Below are positions 39,264-47,195 of a stretch of 64,000 nt of DNA, in pieces (position 1 is the stretch's first letter; each line of letters begins with the position of its first letter). Under the pieces are notes generated by a model that worked only from the letters and a program-made list of their open reading frames with translations, made no database searches and was not told where the DNA came from. The position numbers and the translations under genes are program-made. Origin of the DNA: a virus; the IMG/VR virus record IMGVR_UViG_3300019927_000017, positions 1 to 64,000 of that record; one strand, 5' to 3'.

Positions 39264-39415
39264 TGTTCGATTGTCTCTCGGATTTCTCTGAGGTCTTCGC
39301 GGTCGTCTTCACCGAACCACACAGCCTCAGTAGCATCTGTCGCCGCCTCGACTCGTTCGAGGAGCGTGATTAGTTTCGATTCCTGCCGGTCGCTGAGGTC
39401 GTCGGTTGCGCTCAT
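39260..39415 (-). CDS. small acidic ORF (51 aa)
   Basis: MSATDDLSDRQESKLITLLERVE... GGGACACAACC box before the ATG. ATGA coupling downstream. Confidence 0.45.
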   Translation of the reverse strand: MSATDDLSDRQESKLITLLERVEAATDATEAVWFGEDDREDLREIRETIEQ

Positions 39416-39521
39416 TGGTCTGGTTGTGTCCCGCCGCCACAGTCCGCTGACTGGGGGCGGTTTCAGGACACCGGAGAAAATCTCTCCGTACTAAACAATC
39501 AAGGCGTAGGGAGTTAAGTCT

Positions 39522-40520
39522 TTACATCCCTTCCGTGGATGGGCAGACGTTGTAGAAGTGACACATACCATCTCCCCAATGGCAGAGGTTCTGTGGTTCG
39601 AAGTCGAAGTTCTCGGGAACTCCGTCTTCGTCCAGTTCGCCGGGCCGCTCCTGCATCCCGAGGGCGGCGTCCTTGATGTCCCAGCGGCGCTCCTTCACGC
39701 CGTACTCACCGACGACCAGTTCGTCGTCGTCGGGGTAGTAGATGGCGACAGCATCCACGTCGTAGACGTGTTCTGCCATCCACCCGTAGTATTCCGTTTC
39801 GAGGAACACATCTTCCATCACTTCATCGAGGAAGGGCGCTCCTTCGTACTTGATGGTGGGAAAACTCCCCGTCTTGTAGTCGAGGATGGTGACTCCGTTG
39901 CCGGTCACGCCGGGAACGCTGGCGCTGTTCAGCACCACGTCAGCCTTCCCCATCCACGGGATGTCGCCGACCGGCGGGCCGGAGTCGTCAACGTAGTCGG
40001 GGTCGCCGTCGTAGTTCTCTGGCGGCTCTCCCATCCAGAACTCCGCTTCGACTTCGAGAGGTTCCCATGCCTGAACCACGGCCCCGTTGTCGAGGTCGAG
40101 GTCGCGGGTGGGAATCCTCGATGCCGCGAAGTCGTAGGTTCGTTCTGTCTCGTTCCACCGCCGAATCTCGAACTCCCAAAAGGAGCCGATGTAGTCGAGC
40201 CATTGCGAGGTCAGCCCGAAGTCGTCGGGCATCAGCGGCGTGAAGCGGTCAGGTTTCTCGCCGGTTTCCTCGATGTACTCCTTCAGGTTCTCGTGGAAGA
40301 TTTCGAACGCCTCGTGAATCTGGCTTCCACGCTCGGTGTAAATCGTCCCCGGTGGACGATGCTCACACCAATACTTCAGGTAGAACTTGTAGGGACATTG
40401 CTTGTAGGTCTTGATTCTGGACTTCGACACCCAGTCAAGACCGCTCTCTCGCTTCTCGTCTGACACCGATAAGGTCGTCGTGGGGTCGATGCCAGCGAGG
40501 GAAGAGTCTGTGTGGCTCAC
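39522..40520 (-). CDS. PD-(D/E)XK nuclease, Cas4/RecB-like with four-Cys cluster
   Basis: N-terminal CPYKFYLKY, GKADVV...ILDYKTG core, C-terminal CHWGDGMCHFYNVC. Confidence 0.8.
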   Translation of the reverse strand: MSHTDSSLAGIDPTTTLSVSDEKRESGLDWVSKSRIKTYKQCPYKFYLKYWCEHRPPGTIYTERGSQIHEAFEIFHENLKEYIEETGEKPDRFTPLMPDDFGLTSQWLDYIGSFWEFEIRRWNETERTYDFAASRIPTRDLDLDNGAVVQAWEPLEVEAEFWMGEPPENYDGDPDYVDDSGPPVGDIPWMGKADVVLNSASVPGVTGNGVTILDYKTGSFPTIKYEGAPFLDEVMEDVFLETEYYGWMAEHVYDVDAVAIYYPDDDELVVGEYGVKERRWDIKDAALGMQERPGELDEDGVPENFDFEPQNLCHWGDGMCHFYNVCPSTEGM

Positions 40521-40885
40521 CTCATGTCCTCCAAGTCTACTGCTCCTTGGTCGTCCAGTTCCAGTCCCTCTACGTTTACCCCGGCGACCTTATCGCTGTC
40601 TTCCTCCATTTCTTTGTTGAGGTTTGCCCCTTCTGACTCTCCCCAGTAAGCGATAACTTCGCCGAGAAGACCGATGCCGTCGTCCATCTGCATGGACTCA
40701 ACTGTCGCTCTGTTCAGGCTCGACCCTTCGACCAGCACTCGGTTTATCCAACCAAGCGAAGTCGGATTCATCTGCAACGGCGTGGGGGCCGTTGCCATGA
40801 TGTGCATCCGAACTTTCTCGTCGGGTATCCTCAGTTCGATGCGCCTCTTCCCGCCTTTCCAGTCGATTGTGGTTTCCTTACTCAT
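40517..40885 (-). CDS. hypothetical protein (122 aa)
   Basis: ORF track. Contains DSDKVA encoded by the 16-mer motif. Confidence 0.6.
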   Translation of the reverse strand: MSKETTIDWKGGKRRIELRIPDEKVRMHIMATAPTPLQMNPTSLGWINRVLVEGSSLNRATVESMQMDDGIGLLGEVIAYWGESEGANLNKEMEEDSDKVAGVNVEGLELDDQGAVDLEDMR

Positions 40886-41073
40886 CGGTCTAAGTCAGCC
40901 TCCATCTCTTCAACGTGGTCGGTGATGTTCATCGCCTTCTCACCGTCGAACTCGATGACGGTGCGGCCTTCGTCGTTCTTGTGCATCGCCGCTTTGAACA
41001 GCATCTTCCGCAGGTTGTCCTGCCCGAACTGGTCGAAGATGAAGGCCCATTGTTGGGCGGTCTTGTCTGTCAT
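40882..41073 (-). CDS. hypothetical protein (63 aa)
   Basis: ORF track. Confidence 0.55.
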   Translation of the reverse strand: MTDKTAQQWAFIFDQFGQDNLRKMLFKAAMHKNDEGRTVIEFDGEKAMNITDHVEEMEADLDR

Positions 41074-41228
41074 GATTTCTTCCCGACTTTCCGCTGAAGT
41101 TTCCGCGACCTGTCGCTCCGAGGTGCGAACTCGGGAAGGTCGTCAAGGAACTCGCGGTTCTCTTCGATTTTCCGCTCTATCTCGACGGCCAGTTGGTCGA
41201 TGTCATCGTGCAGGTCATTGTTCGTCAT
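41070..41228 (-). CDS. small ORF (52 aa)
   Basis: MTNNDLHDDIDQLAVEIERKIEE... ATGA coupling downstream. Confidence 0.4.
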   Translation of the reverse strand: MTNNDLHDDIDQLAVEIERKIEENREFLDDLPEFAPRSDRSRKLQRKVGKKS

Positions 41229-41469
41229 CGGTAACGCCTCTCAGTTCTTCGAGGAGGTACGGCACGTCGGTCGCATCGAAGGAGAGGGCTATCTCCCAAC
41301 CCTGCACGTCTTCGGGGTCTTCGCCTTCAGGGACGAGTCCTTCGAGGTCTTCGAGGTCGTCTATCATCTCCTGCGCCTGCTCCTCGTCGGCTACAAGGCG
41401 CTGGAAGGCCGTTTCTTGTTCGCTCTCTTCGACTTTCGGTTCGATGGTGCTGTCTTGTGTTTCTGTCAT
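41215..41469 (-). CDS. acidic hypothetical protein (84 aa)
   Basis: ORF track. Box variant GGAACACAACC before the ATG. Confidence 0.55.
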   Translation of the reverse strand: MTETQDSTIEPKVEESEQETAFQRLVADEEQAQEMIDDLEDLEGLVPEGEDPEDVQGWEIALSFDATDVPYLLEELRGVTDDEQ

Positions 41470-41675
41470 TGGTTGTGTTCCTGTGGTATCTCCAGTCCGA
41501 GTTCATCTCGGAGTTTCTTCCAGTTCCCGCTGAGACTCGCGTTTTGGTCGGGAGTGTAGGCAACTACCCGAACCATGTCAGGCGGGGTTATCATGATGTC
41601 AAAGAGTTCAAACTCGGTGTCGTTGAGGTACACCGAGTCTCCCTCTTCCAGCCCCTCAACGAAGGGGCCTTCCAT
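41466..41675 (-). CDS. hypothetical protein (69 aa)
   Basis: ORF track. Confidence 0.55.
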   Translation of the reverse strand: MEGPFVEGLEEGDSVYLNDTEFELFDIMITPPDMVRVVAYTPDQNASLSGNWKKLRDELGLEIPQEHNQ

Positions 41676-42076
41676 CAGAGGATTTCGTCAGCGTCGGCGT
41701 AGGCGTACTGCTCCGCCAGTTGGGTGTGCATCGCGGCGTAGGGAACTTCGTCGGTGTGAGTCTCTACGATGGACTCATCGACTCGGAACTCCTCGCCCTC
41801 TTCCAGCATGAACCACCCGTTGAAGGTGCGAATCATCTTGTCGAGGCGGCGAGTGAAGAGTTGGAACGAAGTCATGTGGAACTCGTTCGTGGGAATCCTC
41901 ACTTCGTCCATCCCTTGATGCTGGAACCACATCGCCATCGTCTTCCCGGCGAGAGTCCACGAGTCGCCGTAGTCGGCGTTCTTTCGCTCGTAGAGGTCGC
42001 GGGAGTCGCCCAGTATCTCCGTCGCAGTACGCCAGTCACGCGGCCTGTCTTCGGGCCGTTCTTCGGACACCGCCAT
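41675..42076 (-). CDS. DUF1599-like protein (nucleotide-modification-associated family, tentative)
   Basis: ERKNADYGDSW ... RRLDKMIR pattern, recalled from memory of DUF1599. Trimmed to the ATG at 42076. Confidence 0.5.
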   Translation of the reverse strand: MAVSEERPEDRPRDWRTATEILGDSRDLYERKNADYGDSWTLAGKTMAMWFQHQGMDEVRIPTNEFHMTSFQLFTRRLDKMIRTFNGWFMLEEGEEFRVDESIVETHTDEVPYAAMHTQLAEQYAYADADEIL

Positions 42077-42077
42077 G

Positions 42078-42317
42078 TTAGTCGTCGGATGGTCCATTGG
42101 CTTGGACGTTGACGCCGATAAGTTTCTGCTCCGGTTCAACGTGCTGTGTCTCCTGCTGGAGGAGCGCCTGCTCGATTGCCTCTTCAGCGTTGTCAGCGCC
42201 AGTCCGTTGCATCATCCCCTGAATCTGCTGTTCAGAGAAGTCCATCTCGAACTTGCGCCGGGCGTCGATTTCGTAACTGGTCATCTCGGGAGCCGTTGGG
42301 GTTTGGTCTTCACTCAT
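42078..42317 (-). CDS. hypothetical protein (79 aa)
   Basis: Trimmed to the ATG at 42317. 8-nt overlap with the upstream stop. Confidence 0.5.
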   Translation of the reverse strand: MSEDQTPTAPEMTSYEIDARRKFEMDFSEQQIQGMMQRTGADNAEEAIEQALLQQETQHVEPEQKLIGVNVQANGPSDD

Positions 42318-42504
42318 TGGTGTCTGATGTCGCACGGACTACGTGACCGTAGCCCAGTTTCTTGTCGTCCTGTTCCTCGTCGGCGAACTTCAGGTGGAGT
42401 TTCGTCGTCATCGGCGGGTCGTTGAACGACTCTACGCCTTCGAACTTCTCCAGAACCGTCTCTCCGCCGATAACTTCGTGTTCGACGTGGAGAGTAAACG
42501 TCAT
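42310..42504 (-). CDS. hypothetical protein (64 aa)
   Basis: The ATG at 42504 is directly preceded by GGGACACAACC. Confidence 0.55.
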   Translation of the reverse strand: MTFTLHVEHEVIGGETVLEKFEGVESFNDPPMTTKLHLKFADEEQDDKKLGYGHVVRATSDTNE

Positions 42505-42574
42505 GGTTGTGTCCCACACACTCCGGCTTTCATCGGCGGTGTGGTACGCCGATGTTTCAGACTCAGGGGCCGGG

Positions 42575-43069
42575 TTAGTCGGTGACTCCGAACGCCGCTT
42601 CGTCGGACTGGTTCACGATGACGCGACCAGCGCCTTCTTCGTCTTCGACCTTCTCGACCGTGCCATCTTCATCGACCACGTAGTCGGCGGGCTGTTCGAC
42701 CGGCTCCATCATCGCGTCGGAGACGGACAGGTCGGGGTCGATTTCGAACGTCGGCTTGAAGGCCAGCCGCCGACCGACCCGAGTCCACGTCCCGCTGAAG
42801 TAGCCAACGTAGTCGTCGGCGTAGGGGTTGGCCTCTCCATCGAGGCCCGGCTCGCCGCACTTCACGCAGAACTCTTCGACCTTCTCGTACTGGGGAACGA
42901 CTATGTGTCCTTCCTCGATGGTCGCCTCACCGAACGCGAGGTTCGGTAGGAGTTCCGCCGTCTGTTCGAAGTCATGGTCGCACCGCTCTATGACTTCATC
43001 TTCGTAAGAAGAGTCTTCGGTGTCGTCCTGCGGGTAGTCGCGCCATGGGAGCCAGTAATTCCAGTTCAT
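42575..43069 (-). CDS. hypothetical protein with Cys pairs (164 aa)
   Basis: ORF track. Confidence 0.6.
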   Translation of the reverse strand: MNWNYWLPWRDYPQDDTEDSSYEDEVIERCDHDFEQTAELLPNLAFGEATIEEGHIVVPQYEKVEEFCVKCGEPGLDGEANPYADDYVGYFSGTWTRVGRRLAFKPTFEIDPDLSVSDAMMEPVEQPADYVVDEDGTVEKVEDEEGAGRVIVNQSDEAAFGVTD

Positions 43070-43368
43070 TGTAGTTTTTCTTCGATTGCGTTGGTGGCTG
43101 TCGTCCGGTCTTTCCTCTCCTTCTCTGCTTCGAGAAGGCCGCGAAGGGTGGAGATGTTCCAGTCCCGGTCGTTGAGTTCGTCCTTCAGTTCGCTGACCGT
43201 CTTCTCCGAAGGCTTGAACGGCGGGGACTGTACGCGGGCCTTCTCGCCTTCCACCTGTGTCAGGACAGTAATCGTGTTACTGCCGCTACTTATCATTTCA
43301 AGGAACTCGCCGTCCGGTTCCTCGTAGGTACGCCTATCGACTTGCATGAGTGTTTCTTCTCTGAGCAT
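43066..43368 (-). CDS. hypothetical protein (100 aa)
   Basis: Trimmed to the ATG at 43368 (ATGA coupling). The longer form has an Arg-rich artefactual N-terminus. Confidence 0.55.
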   Translation of the reverse strand: MLREETLMQVDRRTYEEPDGEFLEMISSGSNTITVLTQVEGEKARVQSPPFKPSEKTVSELKDELNDRDWNISTLRGLLEAEKERKDRTTATNAIEEKLQ

Positions 43369-44075
43369 CAGTTGAAGTAACCTGAGTATTTTCCGTCCCG
43401 GTCGCCGTGGAGTTCTTCGTCGCCGCGCTGGATACGAAGGTACAGCCCGAAGGCCGCCTTCTTCACTTCGCGGAGAACGTCGCACTCTTTCGAGTCCGGG
43501 TTCCGCTGTTCTTCCTCTTGAAGGCGCTCGTCCACGGCTTTGTGGAGCGAAAGTGCGCCCTGCTTGTACTGTTCCAGTTCGTTGTGACCGACCGCGAGGT
43601 CGAGCATGATTGCGTTCAGCGGCATCTCGCCGCTCGGAGCATCAACCCGGATGTTCTGGACGATGTTCTCCAGTTCAGCCTCGCTGATGTGCTGGAACGT
43701 GTCGGAATCGAGCGACCGCTCCGCCGTCTGGTTGTGAGGGCCGTCAACTAACTCCATCTCACACTCCAGACAGGACTCCCCGTCCACTTCGACCGGCGTG
43801 GTGATGAACTGAACCACAGCCGTCGAGCCATCTCCGCGAAGTATTTCGACTTCACACGTCCCACCCTCATCGAGTAGGTTCTGGAACGTCTCTTCGTGGT
43901 GATGGCAGATTTTGACGAGCGTTTCTCGCCAGTCCATCTCCATCAGTTCCGCTTGTGAGATGTCGTAGATTTCTTCAGCCCCGTCGTTGGCTCTGATGAA
44001 TCGCCCATCAGCGTCAACGACCATTTTCGCAACGCCCTGCTCTCCTTCCGGCTTCTGCTCGTGTGTTTCGTTCAT
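43368..44075 (-). CDS. PAS-domain protein
   Basis: MVVDADGRFIRANDGAEEIYDISQAELMEMDW...EVEILRGDGSTAVVQFITTPVEVDG is a PAS-like fold pattern. Confidence 0.6.
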   Translation of the reverse strand: MNETHEQKPEGEQGVAKMVVDADGRFIRANDGAEEIYDISQAELMEMDWRETLVKICHHHEETFQNLLDEGGTCEVEILRGDGSTAVVQFITTPVEVDGESCLECEMELVDGPHNQTAERSLDSDTFQHISEAELENIVQNIRVDAPSGEMPLNAIMLDLAVGHNELEQYKQGALSLHKAVDERLQEEEQRNPDSKECDVLREVKKAAFGLYLRIQRGDEELHGDRDGKYSGYFN

Positions 44076-44425
44076 GCTGGTGTTTCTTCGCCGTCTCCGT
44101 CAATCCGACCCGCCGCTTTTGCGTCTACTACCATCTGCTCGGCGAGTATTGTGTCCTTACCGGCACAGATGATACCACACTCGGGACAAACCGGCTCCGA
44201 GTCGTGGGTGTACTTCGCTGGAATTTCGCACTCCGGGCACTTCACCGTTGAGAAGGTAACATCTTTCTCTACGATGTTTCCACCGGGGGTGCTTGTAAGG
44301 ATTGGGATGCCATTATCAAGTTTTTCGCCGGTCCACGGGTCATGGCCTCGGTAGCGTTCGTGCGGTTCGTCAGTAATTGCGACTCGTTCAACAGTTTTCC
44401 CAGCCCGAGAGTGGTTTTCCGGCAT
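44072..44425 (-). CDS. zinc-ribbon protein (117 aa)
   Basis: CPECE...CPECG. Own promoter-like region upstream. Confidence 0.6.
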   Translation of the reverse strand: MPENHSRAGKTVERVAITDEPHERYRGHDPWTGEKLDNGIPILTSTPGGNIVEKDVTFSTVKCPECEIPAKYTHDSEPVCPECGIICAGKDTILAEQMVVDAKAAGRIDGDGEETPA

Positions 44426-44467
44426 TGACAGATTAAGGTGCGTCTACTAAACGCAAGACGCCGGAAG

Positions 44468-44492
44468 GACTTAAGTCTGCCGGACTTGAGTC
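44468..44492 (-). promoter_or_regulatory. paired palindromes GACTTAAGTC / GACTTGAGTC upstream of a TTTAGTA TATA-like box
   Basis: Two 10-mers 5 nt apart. TATA-like element about 26 nt before the ATG at 44425. Confidence 0.5.
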
Positions 44493-45809
44493 TTACAGAG
44501 CGAGGTTCATCTTCTGCGTCACCTCTTCCTCCGGCGCGGGCTTCTCGAAGTCGATGGGGTAGAACCACGTCATCGGTCGCTCGTCGCTCACACCGTGAAC
44601 TGTCGCGGCGGGTTCGTCCCACTCAGCCAGCGACTCCTCGAAGTCGTCCGGGGGAACGATGGCCCCGGACTCTACGATGGGGTTGCTGGCGATGCTGTCG
44701 ATTTGGAACGTGTGGTAGTGACCTCGGTAGGCGATGTCGAACTTGTGCTGGTCTTTCCAAGCGTACCAGCGTTTCTTCCCGGCGGAAGTACCGACGTGTT
44801 CGAGGCTGTTCTGACCGTGGCGAAGGTGGCCTCGATGCCCCGACTGGAGTTCCGGCGGGAGTTCGTGAGCCTCGATGTCCAACTGCTCGGCAGTCTTCTG
44901 GTCTTCTTCAGGCCGCCGTCGCATCCTGAAGTTGGTGAAGTTGCCGGACTGACCCCGGACGAACTTGACGTTATCGTAGCCACGGTCACGGACTCGTCGG
45001 TCGAGAATCATGAAGAACGCCGTGTCTACGTTGTCGTCGGGGCCGTACCCGTCACCACGAAGTTCGCCGTGGTTGCCGACCTGACAGATGACTTGCACCG
45101 ACTCGAACTCTTTCGAGGCTCGGTCGATGAACTCCATGTAGATGTCACCCGCGATGGTCAGTTGCTCGGGGATGGACAGTTCGCACTCCCACGGCTGGTC
45201 ATCGTGGATGCCAGCACCGTGCAGGTGGTCGCCGCCCATCACCAGATGGAACGTGTCGAAGTCCACGCCAGCCGCTTCTTGGCGGGCCTTCAGGTCGAAC
45301 ACCTTGTCCGAGACGGTACGAACACGCTGGATGCCGAGTTCCGCGTCGAACGTGTTGTTGCCGAACTCGTCGTGGTACTTCGCCCCGATGTGGTCGTCGG
45401 AACGATGGCACACCATGTCTTCGTGGCTGTCTCGCACCGATAAGCCTGCGTCGGGGACAGCCGGGGCGCGACCGTTCAGGTCACGGTCGAGGTACTGAAT
45501 CAGTTCGTGGACTTGTTCTTTCGCGTCGTTCGTGACCGACGCCTTCGACCGAAGTTCCCCGGTCGGCTCGCTCGGGTTGATGGGGTACTCCTTGGCGTTG
45601 GGTCGGTAGTAGAACTCTTTGACACCATCGACCTTGCGAACACCGAGGGGGATGCCGTCGATGTTCTGAAGGTCGCTGATGTGGTCGCGGGCCGTGGATT
45701 GGCTCACGTTAAGAGCCGCCGCGATGTCTCCGTGGGTTGCTCCACCCTCATGGATGAGAGTGAACACTTGTTGGCGCTTCTGCGAGTCGATAGTAGGGTT
45801 GTCTGTCAA
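44493..45809 (-). CDS. HTH + calcineurin-like metallophosphoesterase (Mre11/SbcD-like nuclease candidate); start uncertain
   Basis: HTH GDIAAALNVSQSTARDHISDL. Phosphoesterase motifs GGDHLHG, VGNHGE and RGHYH. The ATG at 45965 would overlap the primase gene by 125 nt, so I use the TTG at 45809. Confidence 0.7.
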   Translation of the reverse strand: MTDNPTIDSQKRQQVFTLIHEGGATHGDIAAALNVSQSTARDHISDLQNIDGIPLGVRKVDGVKEFYYRPNAKEYPINPSEPTGELRSKASVTNDAKEQVHELIQYLDRDLNGRAPAVPDAGLSVRDSHEDMVCHRSDDHIGAKYHDEFGNNTFDAELGIQRVRTVSDKVFDLKARQEAAGVDFDTFHLVMGGDHLHGAGIHDDQPWECELSIPEQLTIAGDIYMEFIDRASKEFESVQVICQVGNHGELRGDGYGPDDNVDTAFFMILDRRVRDRGYDNVKFVRGQSGNFTNFRMRRRPEEDQKTAEQLDIEAHELPPELQSGHRGHLRHGQNSLEHVGTSAGKKRWYAWKDQHKFDIAYRGHYHTFQIDSIASNPIVESGAIVPPDDFEESLAEWDEPAATVHGVSDERPMTWFYPIDFEKPAPEEEVTQKMNLAL

Positions 45810-45840
45810 GTTGAAGTTTGGCCCCGTGAGGGGTGAACTG

Positions 45841-47043
45841 CTACTTCTGGATGTCGTCGGAGCGGTTGTAAACCGAACAGTTCGAACCGAGGCAGAACTG
45901 CGGCGCTCGGTTTGCGATGTTCTCGCAGTTGAACTGCTTGTAGTCCCGTCCGATGATTTTGTCAATCTGTTCGTCGGTGTAGTCTTCGCGGTAGCCGGGA
46001 ATCTGCGCGAAGAACTCGTGAATCACGTCTCGCGGGACGCCCATCTCCACGAAGTTCGCTATGATGGAGATTTCCATCGTGTGCGAGGCGTTGCCGTGGT
46101 CGAAGGCGTCGTCCCGGTCTGCGAACGCCTCGATGCACGGCTTGTTTGCTGTCAGGAAGCCGATGTCGCTCAGTTCGATGTCGTCTTTCGCCTCTTCATC
46201 GTACTGTTCAACCGCCGCGTAGTCGAAGGTGGAACCCCGACCGTGGCTGGTGTTGGTCGAAGCAGACGCATTGCGGATGGCCTGCACGACCTTATCGCCT
46301 GCTGACTCGGACGGATTCCTGACGTAGCCGTCAGGCCAGCGTGGGCCTTCGGTCAGGTCGAGGTAGTCGTCCACCGTCATGTCGGCCAACTCCGCGACCG
46401 TTATCGGCACGCACCATCGGGTCACATCATCGTAGGCCGCTCCGTGGTGGATGGTGTTGGGATGACGGGCCAACCGCCCGAGGTCTGAAGCGTCAACGTC
46501 AACCCACGGGTCGATGTTGACGCCTCCTGCCGTGGAGTCGAGCCACGACATCACCTGTTCACCGTACTCCTTCAGGCCGTTCTTGAACTGCCCGAAGTCC
46601 CCGTTGCTTGGCGCGATGGTGGGGAAGTCGAGGTAGAGATGTAGGCCCTTGTGCCCCGATAAGGTGGCGCGGAAGTGCTGTTCCTGCCCGCCGTCGATGA
46701 TAGCCGAAGCCATCATCCTCGCTCTGGCAAGCAGGGCGCTCATGTCACGACGCCACGCCCCGAAGTCCGTCTTGTCGTTCTTCGGGTCGTACTCGTCGGA
46801 CACGTCGAGGTCGATGAAGATGCAGTCCACCTTCGGGATGTTGCCGTCCCGACTGTGGCCCCGAGGGAACGAGTAGACCGAGTAGTACCCCGGCATCTCG
46901 TTGTCCCTCGCCTCTTCGAGAGCCTGACAGAACTCTACCCGGCTGTGGCGCTCGTCCTGTATCGTGTAGCCGTTGGACGACTGCCGTGGGTAGTCTGGAG
47001 CGAAGACTCCGCTGGCCTTCCAGAGCGCCTTATCGCTGTTCAC
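45841..47043 (-). CDS. archaeo-eukaryotic primase (AEP) family protein
   Basis: IFIDLDVSD (DxD), LSGHKGLHLYLDF, ARHPNTIH. GTG start overlaps the upstream stop. Confidence 0.85.
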   Translation of the reverse strand: MNSDKALWKASGVFAPDYPRQSSNGYTIQDERHSRVEFCQALEEARDNEMPGYYSVYSFPRGHSRDGNIPKVDCIFIDLDVSDEYDPKNDKTDFGAWRRDMSALLARARMMASAIIDGGQEQHFRATLSGHKGLHLYLDFPTIAPSNGDFGQFKNGLKEYGEQVMSWLDSTAGGVNIDPWVDVDASDLGRLARHPNTIHHGAAYDDVTRWCVPITVAELADMTVDDYLDLTEGPRWPDGYVRNPSESAGDKVVQAIRNASASTNTSHGRGSTFDYAAVEQYDEEAKDDIELSDIGFLTANKPCIEAFADRDDAFDHGNASHTMEISIIANFVEMGVPRDVIHEFFAQIPGYREDYTDEQIDKIIGRDYKQFNCENIANRAPQFCLGSNCSVYNRSDDIQK

Positions 47044-47195
47044 ATTACGTCCTGCCCGCAGATGGGGCAGGTTTCAGCGACGGGTTCGACGTGTTCATCG
47101 CACTCGTCACAGAACTTCTCGTCGGCGTAGGGGTCGTCGTCGGCGACCTCGCCCGGAACCATCGTGTCCGGTGAGGCGTAGGGATGGTCGCTCAT
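47040..47195 (-). CDS. tiny zinc-ribbon ORF (51 aa)
   Basis: FCDECDEH...CPICGQDV. Coupled at both ends, between the ATPase and primase genes. Confidence 0.45.
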   Translation of the reverse strand: MSDHPYASPDTMVPGEVADDDPYADEKFCDECDEHVEPVAETCPICGQDVM

